64,000 bases of DNA, taken from Spirochaetota bacterium (GTDB taxonomy: Bacteria > Spirochaetota > UBA4802 > UBA5550). Position numbers and translations under genes: made by a program. Of the stretch, positions 30,776 to 40,347 are shown one piece after another. The DNA lies in contig CAXXHB010000003.1 in assembly GCA_963664815.2 (NCBI GenBank), positions 1,696,001 through 1,760,000 on the forward strand. The letters are read 5' to 3'. Positions within the stretch are counted from its first letter, which is position 1. Each line of letters opens with the position of its first letter. The notes under the pieces were generated by a model. That model saw only the letters and a list, made by a program, of their open reading frames with translations. It searched no databases and was not told the origin of the DNA.

Positions 30776-32113
30776 CTATATATATTTAAGTTTTTTGGCT
30801 TCTGAAGTGAGCCACTCCCTGAACTCCGGATGTGCAATTGCTATAAGAGATTTTACTCTATCTCTCAGGTTGAATCCCTTGAGTTGTGCTATTCCATATT
30901 CTGTTACAATATACTGAACATCATTTCTCCCGGTCGTGACATACGAACCGGGTTTGAGCATCGGCATAATACGGGATTTAAGTTCTCCTGTACCTTTCTC
31001 CTGATAAGTCGAGTAGAGGGCAAGTATTGCCTTTCCACCTTTTGAACGCCATGCCCCCTCGACAAAATCTATCTGTCCCCCGGCGCCTGAATACATGGAA
31101 CTTCCGATTGATTCTGATGCGCACTGTCCCGAAAGGTCAACCTCCAGAGTGGAGTTTATCGATATTACATTTTCATTCAGCCCTATATTATAAGGATCAT
31201 TAACTACTTCGCATGAATGCATTTCGACAAGAGGATTTTCTTTCACAAAGTTATAAAGTTTTTTAGTGCCAAGAGCAAAGCATGCAAGCCATTTTCGCGG
31301 CATAAACTGTTTCCTGGAACAGGTAATTATACCCTTCTCGTACAGATCAACCATTGAATCACATAACATTTCAGAGTGTATTCCGAGATCTTTTTTATCG
31401 CATAAATGCTGTGCTACTGCGTTGGGTATGCTTCCAATTCCCAGCTGAAGGCATGCTCCGTCAGGAACAAGATCTGCAATGTATTCGCCGATTCTGCTGT
31501 CTTTTTCATTAACATTTATCTCCGGCAGTTCAACAAGGGGAACATTATTCTCTGTAATAGCTGAAAGTTCTGTAATGTGAAAATGGTTATTCCCGAAGGT
31601 CCGGGGCATGTATTCATTAACCTCGGCAATTATTCTGCATCCGGGACTATGATTAATAAATCCGTATATGTAATCCGGATTTATTCCTGTACTGAAATAC
31701 CCGTGTTCGTCCATCGGAGAGACGGTTATCATAGCGGCTTTCATGTTTGCCACTTCAACCATTTTCGGACCGTCGAAGAGTCTGTGAGGCACGTATGAGA
31801 AAAGACCTGAATTCACAAAGAACCGGTCCAGCGGGCCGTTGTACATAACATCAATTGTATTATTCCGGTTTACTTTTTCAATAATATCACCTTTATGAAG
31901 ATCCAGGATCCGGCAGCTTAGTGCGCAGAGTAATTCGCATCCCTTAAGTTTCTCAGATGCCATTCTTGCAGCCAGTGCGTTTATGAGCGCGGGAGGCTGT
32001 CCATTCGCAAGAGGAACAGCCATAAAAGTATTATCAGGTATATTACTCACCGCTTCATCGGCCGTCATAAGTTTCTTCCTGTAAAGTTCATTCCATTTTT
32101 CCATTGTATTCAC
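30776..32113 (-). CDS. Acetyl-CoA hydrolase/4-hydroxybutyrate CoA-transferase family protein
   Basis: SPMDEHGYFS, LQLGIGSIP, LGIHSEM, EVDLSGQCASESIG, GGQIDF, AHPEFR. Confidence 0.92.
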   Translation of the reverse strand: MNTMEKWNELYRKKLMTADEAVSNIPDNTFMAVPLANGQPPALINALAARMASEKLKGCELLCALSCRILDLHKGDIIEKVNRNNTIDVMYNGPLDRFFVNSGLFSYVPHRLFDGPKMVEVANMKAAMITVSPMDEHGYFSTGINPDYIYGFINHSPGCRIIAEVNEYMPRTFGNNHFHITELSAITENNVPLVELPEINVNEKDSRIGEYIADLVPDGACLQLGIGSIPNAVAQHLCDKKDLGIHSEMLCDSMVDLYEKGIITCSRKQFMPRKWLACFALGTKKLYNFVKENPLVEMHSCEVVNDPYNIGLNENVISINSTLEVDLSGQCASESIGSSMYSGAGGQIDFVEGAWRSKGGKAILALYSTYQEKGTGELKSRIMPMLKPGSYVTTGRNDVQYIVTEYGIAQLKGFNLRDRVKSLIAIAHPEFREWLTSEAKKLKYI

Positions 32114-32115
32114 CT

Positions 32116-33489
32116 TTATATGATTTTATTGCTTTTGCGCCAGATTTTCTGATTTTCCGCAGATTTAATCAGTTCATCTCTGAAATCCGGATGGGCTATA
32201 GAAATTATCTTTTCCGCCCTTGCCCACGTTGAGTCACCCTTGAGCGTTATCCAGCCGTACTCTGTGGCAATTATATTGATCATCTGCCTCGGCACAGTTA
32301 CTATAGTTCCAGGATCTAAAAAAGGTATTATTCTTGATTTAAGTTCTCCGGAAGATGTTTTATAAGTGGATGGAAGGCAAATTATGCTTTTACCCCCTTT
32401 TGACCAGTAAGCTCCCTGAACAAAGTCAAACATCCCTCCGTTGCCGGATATCTGTTTAAAGCCCATACTTTCAGCATTGATCTGCGTATATAGGTCGACC
32501 TGCAGTGCGGAGTTGACAGATATAACATGGTCGTTCATACATATATTCCGCGGGTCATTGATGTATCCCACATTGTACGATGCGATGGCACTGTTATCGT
32601 TCATGAAAGAGTAGAGCCTGGATCCGCCGACTGCGAAAGTGAATGACATTCTTTCTTTGTCGATGTTTTTCTTTTTACCGGTCATTATACCGGCTTCAAA
32701 CAGGTCAACATAAGAATCGACCAGCATCTCAGTGTGACAGCCAAGATCTTTAAAATCGGAATCTGCTATAAGTTTGCCGATAGAATTCGGCACACCCCCT
32801 ATTCCGAACTGGACACATGCACCGTCAGTGATATGATTTATTACGTTAAGAGCGATTTTTCTTTCAGTTTCATCCGGTATGGGTTCAGGCGCTTCCATCA
32901 GATTCGGGCTTCCGCCGTCAACAACATGAGTTACGTCTGATATATGTATTTTTTCAAACTGTCCGCCCGGGCAGACCGGGAGTTTATCATTAACCTCAAC
33001 AATCCTGATTTCGGCATATATCATGGATGTATATGTATGTGAGTTATGAAGACCGAAGTTAAAATAGCCTTCATTGTCCATCGGGGCAGTCTGCACAATA
33101 GATACACTTCGCGGGGGTGTTCCAACAAGATCGGGATTGCTCTTGACATCGGTATAATACCTTTCACATTCGCTGTAGATAATAGGATTATAGAAGACAT
33201 TATCCTTTACCTCCTGCAGAATACGCGTAAGTGGGCTGAAATGAAAATCGTTATATGTAAATTTCCCGTTTCCGCAGTCAATAACTGACGGGACAGGGGG
33301 GAGAGTCACGGCGGAAATAATATATATATTTTCAAGCTCGCAGCTTCTGGCTGCAAGAGCCCTGTCACAGGCCTGTGGCTTTCCGTTAAAAAAGCCATAA
33401 TCGATCCATGATCCCGATTTAATATCCTTAACCGCATTATCGGCACTGCACATTTTTGTGTGCAGGTTGTCTATAAGTCTCTGATTCAT
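32116..33489 (-). CDS. Butyryl-CoA:acetate CoA-transferase-like family I CoA-transferase
   Basis: IKSGSWIDYG, APMDNEGYFNFG, LGCHTEMLVD, QISGNGG..DFV.GAY.S.GGKS, STWARAE, IWRKSNK. Confidence 0.88.
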   Translation of the reverse strand: MNQRLIDNLHTKMCSADNAVKDIKSGSWIDYGFFNGKPQACDRALAARSCELENIYIISAVTLPPVPSVIDCGNGKFTYNDFHFSPLTRILQEVKDNVFYNPIIYSECERYYTDVKSNPDLVGTPPRSVSIVQTAPMDNEGYFNFGLHNSHTYTSMIYAEIRIVEVNDKLPVCPGGQFEKIHISDVTHVVDGGSPNLMEAPEPIPDETERKIALNVINHITDGACVQFGIGGVPNSIGKLIADSDFKDLGCHTEMLVDSYVDLFEAGIMTGKKKNIDKERMSFTFAVGGSRLYSFMNDNSAIASYNVGYINDPRNICMNDHVISVNSALQVDLYTQINAESMGFKQISGNGGMFDFVQGAYWSKGGKSIICLPSTYKTSSGELKSRIIPFLDPGTIVTVPRQMINIIATEYGWITLKGDSTWARAEKIISIAHPDFRDELIKSAENQKIWRKSNKII

Positions 33490-33574
33490 TTCGTATCTCC
33501 TTTCTGAAATTTATTCGAGAAATCACATTTTTGCTTCCAGTTTCAGGAGAGTTATTTTTATATTCAGAAAATAA

Positions 33575-35428
33575 TCAGAAAAGCTCCTCATTAAATTTAA
33601 GAGCGGACATATCGCCAGCTTCAATTGATTCTTTTATTGCAAGTGCCTGAGGGAGCACGTTATTTATGAAGAATGAAGCTGTAAGTATCTTGCTGTTATA
33701 AAACGCGGCATCTTTATCCTTTTCAATGAGAACCTTTAGTTTATCTTTATCTGTAATAAAGAATCCCTCATTCCCTGCCTTTTCAGACAGTTTTTCAGAT
33801 GCAATACCTGCCTGCCAGTAAAGCAGCCAGGCAGACATTACATGCCCGGTGAGATTAAGAAAAGGGTATGAATTTATTACAGGCACCATGAATTTTTTAT
33901 CATTCACACATTTTGTGAAGTATTCAACAGTTTTTGTAAGTACATCTACTGCCGACTCAAACTTTGTACTGAGATCTGTCAGTAGACTGTTTTTGCTGTA
34001 TTTTACAATAGCAGATTTCATCTCAGCCACAAGATTTTTAAAATTCTTACCGCCGTTCTGATTCAGCTTTCGTAAAACAAGATCCATTGACTGGATGCCG
34101 TTAGTACCTTCGTAGATTGAACCTATCTTCATATCCCGTAAGAACTGCTCCATCGGATAGTCCTTGCAGTATCCATAACCGCCGTAAACCTGCATCGCTG
34201 TTTCTGTAATTCTGAATCCGGTGTCTGTGCCGAATGCTTTAAGTACAGGAACCATGAATTCCATTATCCCGCCCCATTTTTCAGATTCTTCACCGGATAA
34301 TGCTTTTTTGCGGTCAATGGCATAAGCACAGAGGTAGACCATTGATCTGAGAGCTTCGACATGGGACTTCATCCATGACAGCATTCGTCTTACATCCGGG
34401 TGGTTGATTATTGTGACAGATTGAGCATCAGGATTCATTGTATTTATAATTGATTTACCCTGTATACGGTCTTTGGCGTACGCAAGAGCGTGGTGATATG
34501 CAGCTGAACCTGTACTGAGTCCCTGCACACCCATATTAATCCTCTCTTCGTTCATCATGTTGAACATGATTTTCATACCCTGACGTTCATTCCCAAGCAG
34601 TTCGGCATAACATTCATCATTATCTCCGAAACTCATGGCACAGGTTGCATTGGCGCGAAGTCCCATCTTGTGTTCTATTCCGGTGATTGTATAATCGTTG
34701 CGTTTACCCAATGATCCATCTTTGTTGAGTAGATATTTCGGAACAAGAAAAATTGATATACCGGAGGTTCCTGCCGGATCACCTTCAATTCTTGCAAGTA
34801 TAGGGTGAACAATATTTTCAAACATGTCACAATCGCCGCCTGAAATAAATATCTTCTGTCCTTTTATTCTGAATGTACCGTCACTCTGCCTGTATGCCTT
34901 GGTTTTAAGGGCGCCGACATCTGATCCGGCGTCAGGTTCAGTAAGAGCCATGGTGCCGCCATATGAACCGTCAAACATTTTGTACATGTATTTATTCTTC
35001 TGCTCTTCCGTTCCGTAATCATACAGAAGGTGTGCAGCTCCGACTGCGCCCCCTGAATACATGAAGTAGCCCATGTGGAAAAGATAATTCTCCTGCACGG
35101 CAACCTCTATAACATAGGGCATACCCTGACCCCCTGCATCCTGTGGAGCCGCAACTGTAAACCATCCCCCGCCGACCATGACTTTCTGAAGGTCATGGAA
35201 ACATTCCGGAACATGAGCTTCTCCATTGACAAGTGTTGCTCCCTCCCTGTCTCCTTCCATATATCTTGACAGAACCTCTTTTTCTCCGAGCTTCTGAGCC
35301 ATATCAAGAGTCATGTCGCATGTATCCCGGGAGAAATCACTGAATTTTTCAGTTTCAAAAAGCGATTCAATACCAAGCATCTCGTAAAGAACAAAGTCCT
35401 GGTCTCTCCTGTTTGTAATTAATGACAT
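33575..35428 (-). CDS. Acyl-CoA dehydrogenase (long, about 600-aa type)
   Basis: GTMALTEPDAGSD, GQKIFIS, IEHKMG, HPDVRRML, QVYGGYG, IYEGTNGIQ. Confidence 0.95.
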   Translation of the reverse strand: MSLITNRRDQDFVLYEMLGIESLFETEKFSDFSRDTCDMTLDMAQKLGEKEVLSRYMEGDREGATLVNGEAHVPECFHDLQKVMVGGGWFTVAAPQDAGGQGMPYVIEVAVQENYLFHMGYFMYSGGAVGAAHLLYDYGTEEQKNKYMYKMFDGSYGGTMALTEPDAGSDVGALKTKAYRQSDGTFRIKGQKIFISGGDCDMFENIVHPILARIEGDPAGTSGISIFLVPKYLLNKDGSLGKRNDYTITGIEHKMGLRANATCAMSFGDNDECYAELLGNERQGMKIMFNMMNEERINMGVQGLSTGSAAYHHALAYAKDRIQGKSIINTMNPDAQSVTIINHPDVRRMLSWMKSHVEALRSMVYLCAYAIDRKKALSGEESEKWGGIMEFMVPVLKAFGTDTGFRITETAMQVYGGYGYCKDYPMEQFLRDMKIGSIYEGTNGIQSMDLVLRKLNQNGGKNFKNLVAEMKSAIVKYSKNSLLTDLSTKFESAVDVLTKTVEYFTKCVNDKKFMVPVINSYPFLNLTGHVMSAWLLYWQAGIASEKLSEKAGNEGFFITDKDKLKVLIEKDKDAAFYNSKILTASFFINNVLPQALAIKESIEAGDMSALKFNEELF

Positions 35429-35536
35429 TTTAATTCACCTCAATATTTCAGTATTATAATTATCCGGAATTAAACATAATTCCGGACTGGACAATTATGA
35501 CAACAGCGCCATTTATGGCAATGGGTAAGTATGATT

Positions 35537-36784
35537 TTATTCATAAACCTTTTCTTCGGATTCATAGGCAGAAACAGCATCGAATTCAACATCCCTCGTC
35601 ATATTCGCTTTTTTATTTCTTTCGTTCTCTTTATACCATTCTGTCTGGATTATATGCTGCATTATTTCATTTGTTCCAACCCAGATCATGGAGAGCCTTA
35701 TATCACGAAGAATTCTCTCTATCGGGAATACATTGGTGTAACCTATTCCCCCCATTACCTGCATACAGTTATTAACAACCTGCCATGAACCCTCTGTGAT
35801 GAATTTCTTCGTCTGTGAAACCATTCTTCTTATTCTTCCGGCGCTTGCTTTCCCTGAATCGATTGCAATAGCGGTAGTATATGCCATGGATCTCATTGCG
35901 TCCATTGTCATTGCGCAATCGGCGACCTTGAATCCAACAGCCTGGAAGTCCATTATAGGCTGTCCGAATGCCTTTCGTCTTGAAGTATATGAAGTAGCTA
36001 TTTCGAGTGCAGGGCGTACGGAACCTATTGTCATTGCCGCTGTACCAAGCCTTTCAGGCACCATGTTTGTCATAAATACATCAAAACCGTTATGCACACC
36101 GTTGAGAGCGTAACGTTCTGGTACGCGGACTTCATCAAGTATAAGCCTGCCGGCTCCACCGCCTCTGACACCCATAAGACCATAGATGTATTTTGATTCA
36201 ACACCCTTTGTGCGTGGAACCATGAAACATGTCATTCTTCTGTGTGGAGGCGCAGATGGATCAGTAACAGCATATACCATGAACCAGTCGGCTCCCTCAG
36301 CGCCAACTATAAAGCGTTTCTGCCCGCTTATAATCCAATCGTCACCATCTTTGCGTGCTTTTGTTGTTGCACCAAAAAAGTCTGAGCCTCCTCTCGGTTC
36401 TGTGAGGCACTCGGCGGCAAATGTATCACCTTTCAGAAGCGGTACGACAATCTCCTGTTTCATCTCCTCTGAGCCGTATTTTATAATGGCTTCACATACT
36501 ATGTCGGCACCCACTCCCCAGATACAGGCGAGTGAATAGCTGGCAACCCCTATCTCCTCAGCGACAATTATATCCTCAGCCCAACCCAGACCTCTTCCAC
36601 CGTACTCCTTCGGCAGCCTTATTCCAAGCAGGTTTCTTTTACCGCACTCCTGCAGGTATTCTCTGGGGAATTGAATCTCCTCCTTATCCATTGCGAGAAT
36701 CATCTCCCTTGGCACCCATTTTGTTAATTCCCTTGCTTCATCTCTCAATTTCTGCTGCTGTTCTGTCATCGCAAAATCAAACAT
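35537..36784 (-). CDS. Acyl-CoA dehydrogenase
   Basis: CLTEPRGGSD, GQKRFI, RKAFGQPI, QVMGGIG, IWVGTNEI. Confidence 0.93.
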   Translation of the reverse strand: MFDFAMTEQQQKLRDEARELTKWVPREMILAMDKEEIQFPREYLQECGKRNLLGIRLPKEYGGRGLGWAEDIIVAEEIGVASYSLACIWGVGADIVCEAIIKYGSEEMKQEIVVPLLKGDTFAAECLTEPRGGSDFFGATTKARKDGDDWIISGQKRFIVGAEGADWFMVYAVTDPSAPPHRRMTCFMVPRTKGVESKYIYGLMGVRGGGAGRLILDEVRVPERYALNGVHNGFDVFMTNMVPERLGTAAMTIGSVRPALEIATSYTSRRKAFGQPIMDFQAVGFKVADCAMTMDAMRSMAYTTAIAIDSGKASAGRIRRMVSQTKKFITEGSWQVVNNCMQVMGGIGYTNVFPIERILRDIRLSMIWVGTNEIMQHIIQTEWYKENERNKKANMTRDVEFDAVSAYESEEKVYE

Positions 36785-36798
36785 AGTATTTCTCCTTG

Positions 36799-36845
36799 AA
36801 AATATACTTAAAGTTGACTTTAACTTTAAGTATATTTTTTGTCAA
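36799..36845 (-). promoter_or_regulatory. Promoter of the acyl-CoA operon overlapped by a perfect 17-bp inverted repeat (candidate MerR/LiuR operator)
   Basis: AAAATATACTTAAAGTT (36799-36815) - GACTTT - AACTTTAAGTATATTTT (36822-36838); minus-strand TTGACA (36845-36840)-N17-TAAAGT. Confidence 0.7.
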
Positions 36846-36964
36846 TAATTTTATAACAAATGCATAAGAGGGATCAGTTTTTATACTATCTTTATTGTAA
36901 TTATATTAATATTGACAATGATGAGAGTATAAATTCAGGTTTGTTTTGAGTTAACAGGAGTATA

Positions 36965-37345
36965 ATGAATAAAGAAACTTATACAATATCAGAACTTGCA
37001 GCTGAGCTGGAAATAAGCGCGTCAACAATAAGGTTTTACGAGGAGAAGGGACTTCTGTCTCCTGAAAGAACGCAGGGAAACCAGCGGATTTATACACACA
37101 GGGAGCGGGGCAGGCTTAAACTTATATTAAGGGGTAAAAGATTCGGAGCTACTCTTGAAGAGATTGCCGAGATGATCGGGATGGCTGATACCGATTTTAA
37201 TGAAAAGATACAGATTGACAAGAGCCTCTATTATCTTGATAAAAAATACCAGGAGATTCAGGATCATAAAAAGGAGATAAAACTTTTTGAGAATGACCTG
37301 ATGACTTTAAAGAAAAAGTTAATTGAGAGGCTTAAACAGATTTAA
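36965..37345 (+). CDS. MerR-family regulator, LiuR-like
   Basis: YTISELAAELEISASTIRFYEEKGLLSPERTQGNQRIY...RLKLILRGKRFGATLEEI; divergent from the acyl-CoA dehydrogenases. Confidence 0.9.
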   Translation: MNKETYTISELAAELEISASTIRFYEEKGLLSPERTQGNQRIYTHRERGRLKLILRGKRFGATLEEIAEMIGMADTDFNEKIQIDKSLYYLDKKYQEIQDHKKEIKLFENDLMTLKKKLIERLKQI

Positions 37346-37972
37346 GAAAATTGAATCATGTGATAATAATTATATTATTAGTATTGAAAAACAGATTTTA
37401 AATATCAGAAAGTTACTATTTACTCCATAAAGCTTCTGCGGGATCAGGATTTGATATAGAAATGGATGGATATATGCCAGCGACAGCTGACAACTGCACA
37501 TATTTTTAAACTGGAGGGATTACAAAAAAAACCAGTTTTGTAAATAAACCTGTTATATCTTTTATTCTGAACACGATTACAGGATTTAAGGATTCTCAAA
37601 ATTTTCTGCTGACAGGAGCACTGTACACTAACTTACATACGTTGTGCATCTACAGGTTAATTATCAATAGCATGGCAGATTTATGATAAAAGCCAGACTC
37701 TCTTTACAGAAAAGTCAATTTCGCCTTGATTTCACTTCAATTCCGTCTCAAACACGCTGCTGACAGTTAAAAACGCGCGATTTTCTCTGCCGGTAACGGT
37801 ATTGAAACGGTATTCAGCAGGGTCTTCATACTTCTGAAACACCGTTTCGGCAGGTTTAGCGTAAATTCACTGCAGGAAAAAATTCAACGTCTCCCTTCTG
37901 TGTTCATTCAGTAAATACGATCCAGCTATCAGAAGCCGGCGGTTTGTTTCTGAATCTGCTCCCTTTTTTATT

Positions 37973-38344
37973 TTAAAGTTTATTATTTACCAGGTGAAGT
38001 CCTCCATCACACTCGATAATTGTTCCGGTCATAAAGGTGTTCCCTATAAGGAATGCTATGGCCCCGGCAATATCAGCAGGCCTGCCAATACGTCCGACAG
38101 GAGTCTGTTCAGCAAACTTCTGAAAAATGGATGTTTTCATTTTATTATCATACATGTCCCACCATGGAGTGTCGACAACTCCCGGAGAGACAGCGTTGAT
38201 ACGTCTCGGCCTGAGTTCGACGGCAAGAGGTCTGATCAGTCCTTCAATCGCTGCGTTGAGCGCAGAAAGTTTCTCATAGTAGTGAATTGTATGAATTGAT
38301 AGACCAGTATATTCAGAAAACTCCCCGATTTTCATTGATTCCAC
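37973..38344 (-). pseudogene. Chimeric remnant: MerR HTH N-terminus fused in frame to the C-terminal part of an SDR oxidoreductase
   Basis: MKIGEFSEYTGLSIHTIHYYEK joined directly to (L)SALNAAIEGLIRPLAVELRPRRINAVSPGVVDTPWW...TPVGRIGRPADIA...MTGTIIECDGG. Confidence 0.8.
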
Positions 38345-38862
38345 CCGGTATTAAATAGTCTCTTTGAGGTAAAACGCTGTCCGCTTGCGGCATGGTGGCT
38401 GATCTAACTGAACAGGGTTATAGACATTTTTGTCAAGAATATTCATCCGGTATTAAATGGAAGAGCCTGTATTGTATCCGTCCGGATGTTTACTGCCGGA
38501 ATTTAATTAATATTGTTAGTTTATAAGAGAGGCTGCCTGCGATGACAGCCACTTTCTGAGTTGAAGGTAAAACCTGAACTTATGGAATAAAATCCTGTCT
38601 ATACGGGAAAATACGATTATCTTCAGAGGGTGTAAACTCAAATTTCTGAAGATAAAGGATCATAAAAAAGTTTTATAGCGATAGTGTAAAACAGGTGCAG
38701 TATTGTTACGAATAACTTGACTTTATATAGAAGAAAGAGTAATTATAGTTTTAACAAATGAATCAGTACTCTTCTGGTCATCATATATTGGTAAAAGAAA
38801 GCTGAATTAAGATCAGTAATTATTCCTAAAGATATATTTTAATGTAAAATAATGAATTATAA

Positions 38863-38889
38863 ACTCCCGCCGCCTTTTGCGGCGGGAGT
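38863..38889. other. GC-rich hairpin upstream of the outer-membrane protein gene
   Basis: ACTCCCGCCGC-CTTTT-GCGGCGGGAGT, perfect 11-bp stem in AT-rich DNA. Confidence 0.6.
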
Positions 38890-38968
38890 AATAGAGCCTT
38901 TTTCACTTTAAAAAAGTTAAGGAATAAATGCTGATAAAAAAAATAATTTTTCAGGGGTGAATCTAAAA

Positions 38969-39895
38969 ATGAAAAAAACATTAATAAATATCATTCGGAT
39001 ATCTTTTTTTACATTATTAATCTGCCCGTATGCAGATGCCGCAACTTCTCCGGATAACGGATTTCCGGGTCTTTCACTTGATTCAATTATAAATTTAAAC
39101 CAGTCACATGTTAATGACATATATACGCCATTGACGCATTTCGGCAAAGGGGATACCGCATTGACTTTCAGTCCGGTATACTTTAATGTAGCGGTTGTAG
39201 TTGACTCGTCAAAGGCTAAAATTACCGGGGATGGGCTAAGCGGATATGGCGGTGGTTTAACATTTTCTTCAGCTTTTACTGACAGGTTCTTTTTTGATTT
39301 AAATTACGCATATTCAACAGTTTCGGGCGACATGCTTGTAAGCTTTCCGGATTACGGGATAAACAACGATGTCTATGTAATAACTGTAAAGAATAAAGCG
39401 CACTACGGAAAAGCCGGATTGGGGTTTGATATTATAAAATCAAAGAGCTGGTCAATGCCGGTAATTGTGGGTGGTTATTTAAAATACCTGGATGCCGATG
39501 TTGTGACTAAACAGTATAAAAGCAGCGGTTATACGGTTAATGAAGATCTGATGAATGGAAAGGGCAGCGGAACAGTCTGGGGCGCTTCTGCTACAGTTGT
39601 ATTGTCATATAAACTGGATGGGATGAAAATTTCACCGTATGTAACGTTTATTAAGGATTTTAATGAACTGGAGATAGAGAATCTTAAACTTCATTCCCCG
39701 AAGGTCAACGGCAGGGATAATCCGTCATCAATACTGCCCGGTTTCAGCCTGGCATATGTTTCAGGAAAAGACTTTGATTTTACATTCAGCTTAAGCGGTG
39801 TACTGTTCACTCAGACAAATTACTATAACGACCTGTTCCTTATGGGGCTTAAAACCCAGAATTATATGTTAAGTATCACTTATAAAAATTTATAA
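38969..39895 (+). CDS. Exported protein, probable outer-membrane beta-barrel
   Basis: Signal peptide ending ADA; alternating amphipathic strands rich in G/Y/F; C-terminal NYMLSITYKNL. Confidence 0.65.
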   Translation: MKKTLINIIRISFFTLLICPYADAATSPDNGFPGLSLDSIINLNQSHVNDIYTPLTHFGKGDTALTFSPVYFNVAVVVDSSKAKITGDGLSGYGGGLTFSSAFTDRFFFDLNYAYSTVSGDMLVSFPDYGINNDVYVITVKNKAHYGKAGLGFDIIKSKSWSMPVIVGGYLKYLDADVVTKQYKSSGYTVNEDLMNGKGSGTVWGASATVVLSYKLDGMKISPYVTFIKDFNELEIENLKLHSPKVNGRDNPSSILPGFSLAYVSGKDFDFTFSLSGVLFTQTNYYNDLFLMGLKTQNYMLSITYKNL

Positions 39896-40221
39896 TCGCA
39901 GGATCTGTATAACATCAAAGGGTGGCCGGTTCTTTTTTTACGCATTGCCTTCACAAAATCACTGGAATATCAATTCAATTCAGAAGAAAATCTTCAGTTC
40001 GGTATAGCAGAGGTAAGAGTGGATAACATTGAAGGTGATTTATTCAGGACAGAGATTATAAGTCATTTTTCTGACACAATAACAATCAGGCATAAGGATG
40101 ACATAGAGTATCTCTGTTTTGATAAGAATAATATTTATGAAATATCATATAACCGGCAGATACCATGATAATACCGGCAATGTGGTTTTTTGTAACCCCT
40201 GATTAAGTCAGAGGTTAAATG

Positions 40222-40294
40222 CGCGCCCGGTAGGAGTCGAACCTACGACGCACGGATTCGAAGTCCGACGCTCTATCCACTGAGCTACGGGCGC
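40222..40294 (-). tRNA. tRNA-Arg (anticodon TCG)
   Basis: GCGCCCG acceptor stem, TAGCTCAGTGGATAGAGC D-arm, loop CT-TCG-AA, GTAGG-TTCGACT-CCTAC T-arm; CCA not encoded. Confidence 0.95.
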
Positions 40295-40347
40295 ATTTTA
40301 ATCTGTTTATTTAGTATACCAAATGTTGTCAAGTCAATAAAGATAAC

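Noticed and set aside
37790-37915. Plus-strand peptide GNGIETVFSRV resembling an IS982/IS5-type transposase C-terminus
   Set aside because: Only a few residues match; no DDE core or terminal inverted repeats found.
37346-40221. Intact tRNA-integrated mobile element
   Set aside because: No integrase and no att direct repeat of the tRNA 3' end were found; kept only as a low-interest decayed region.
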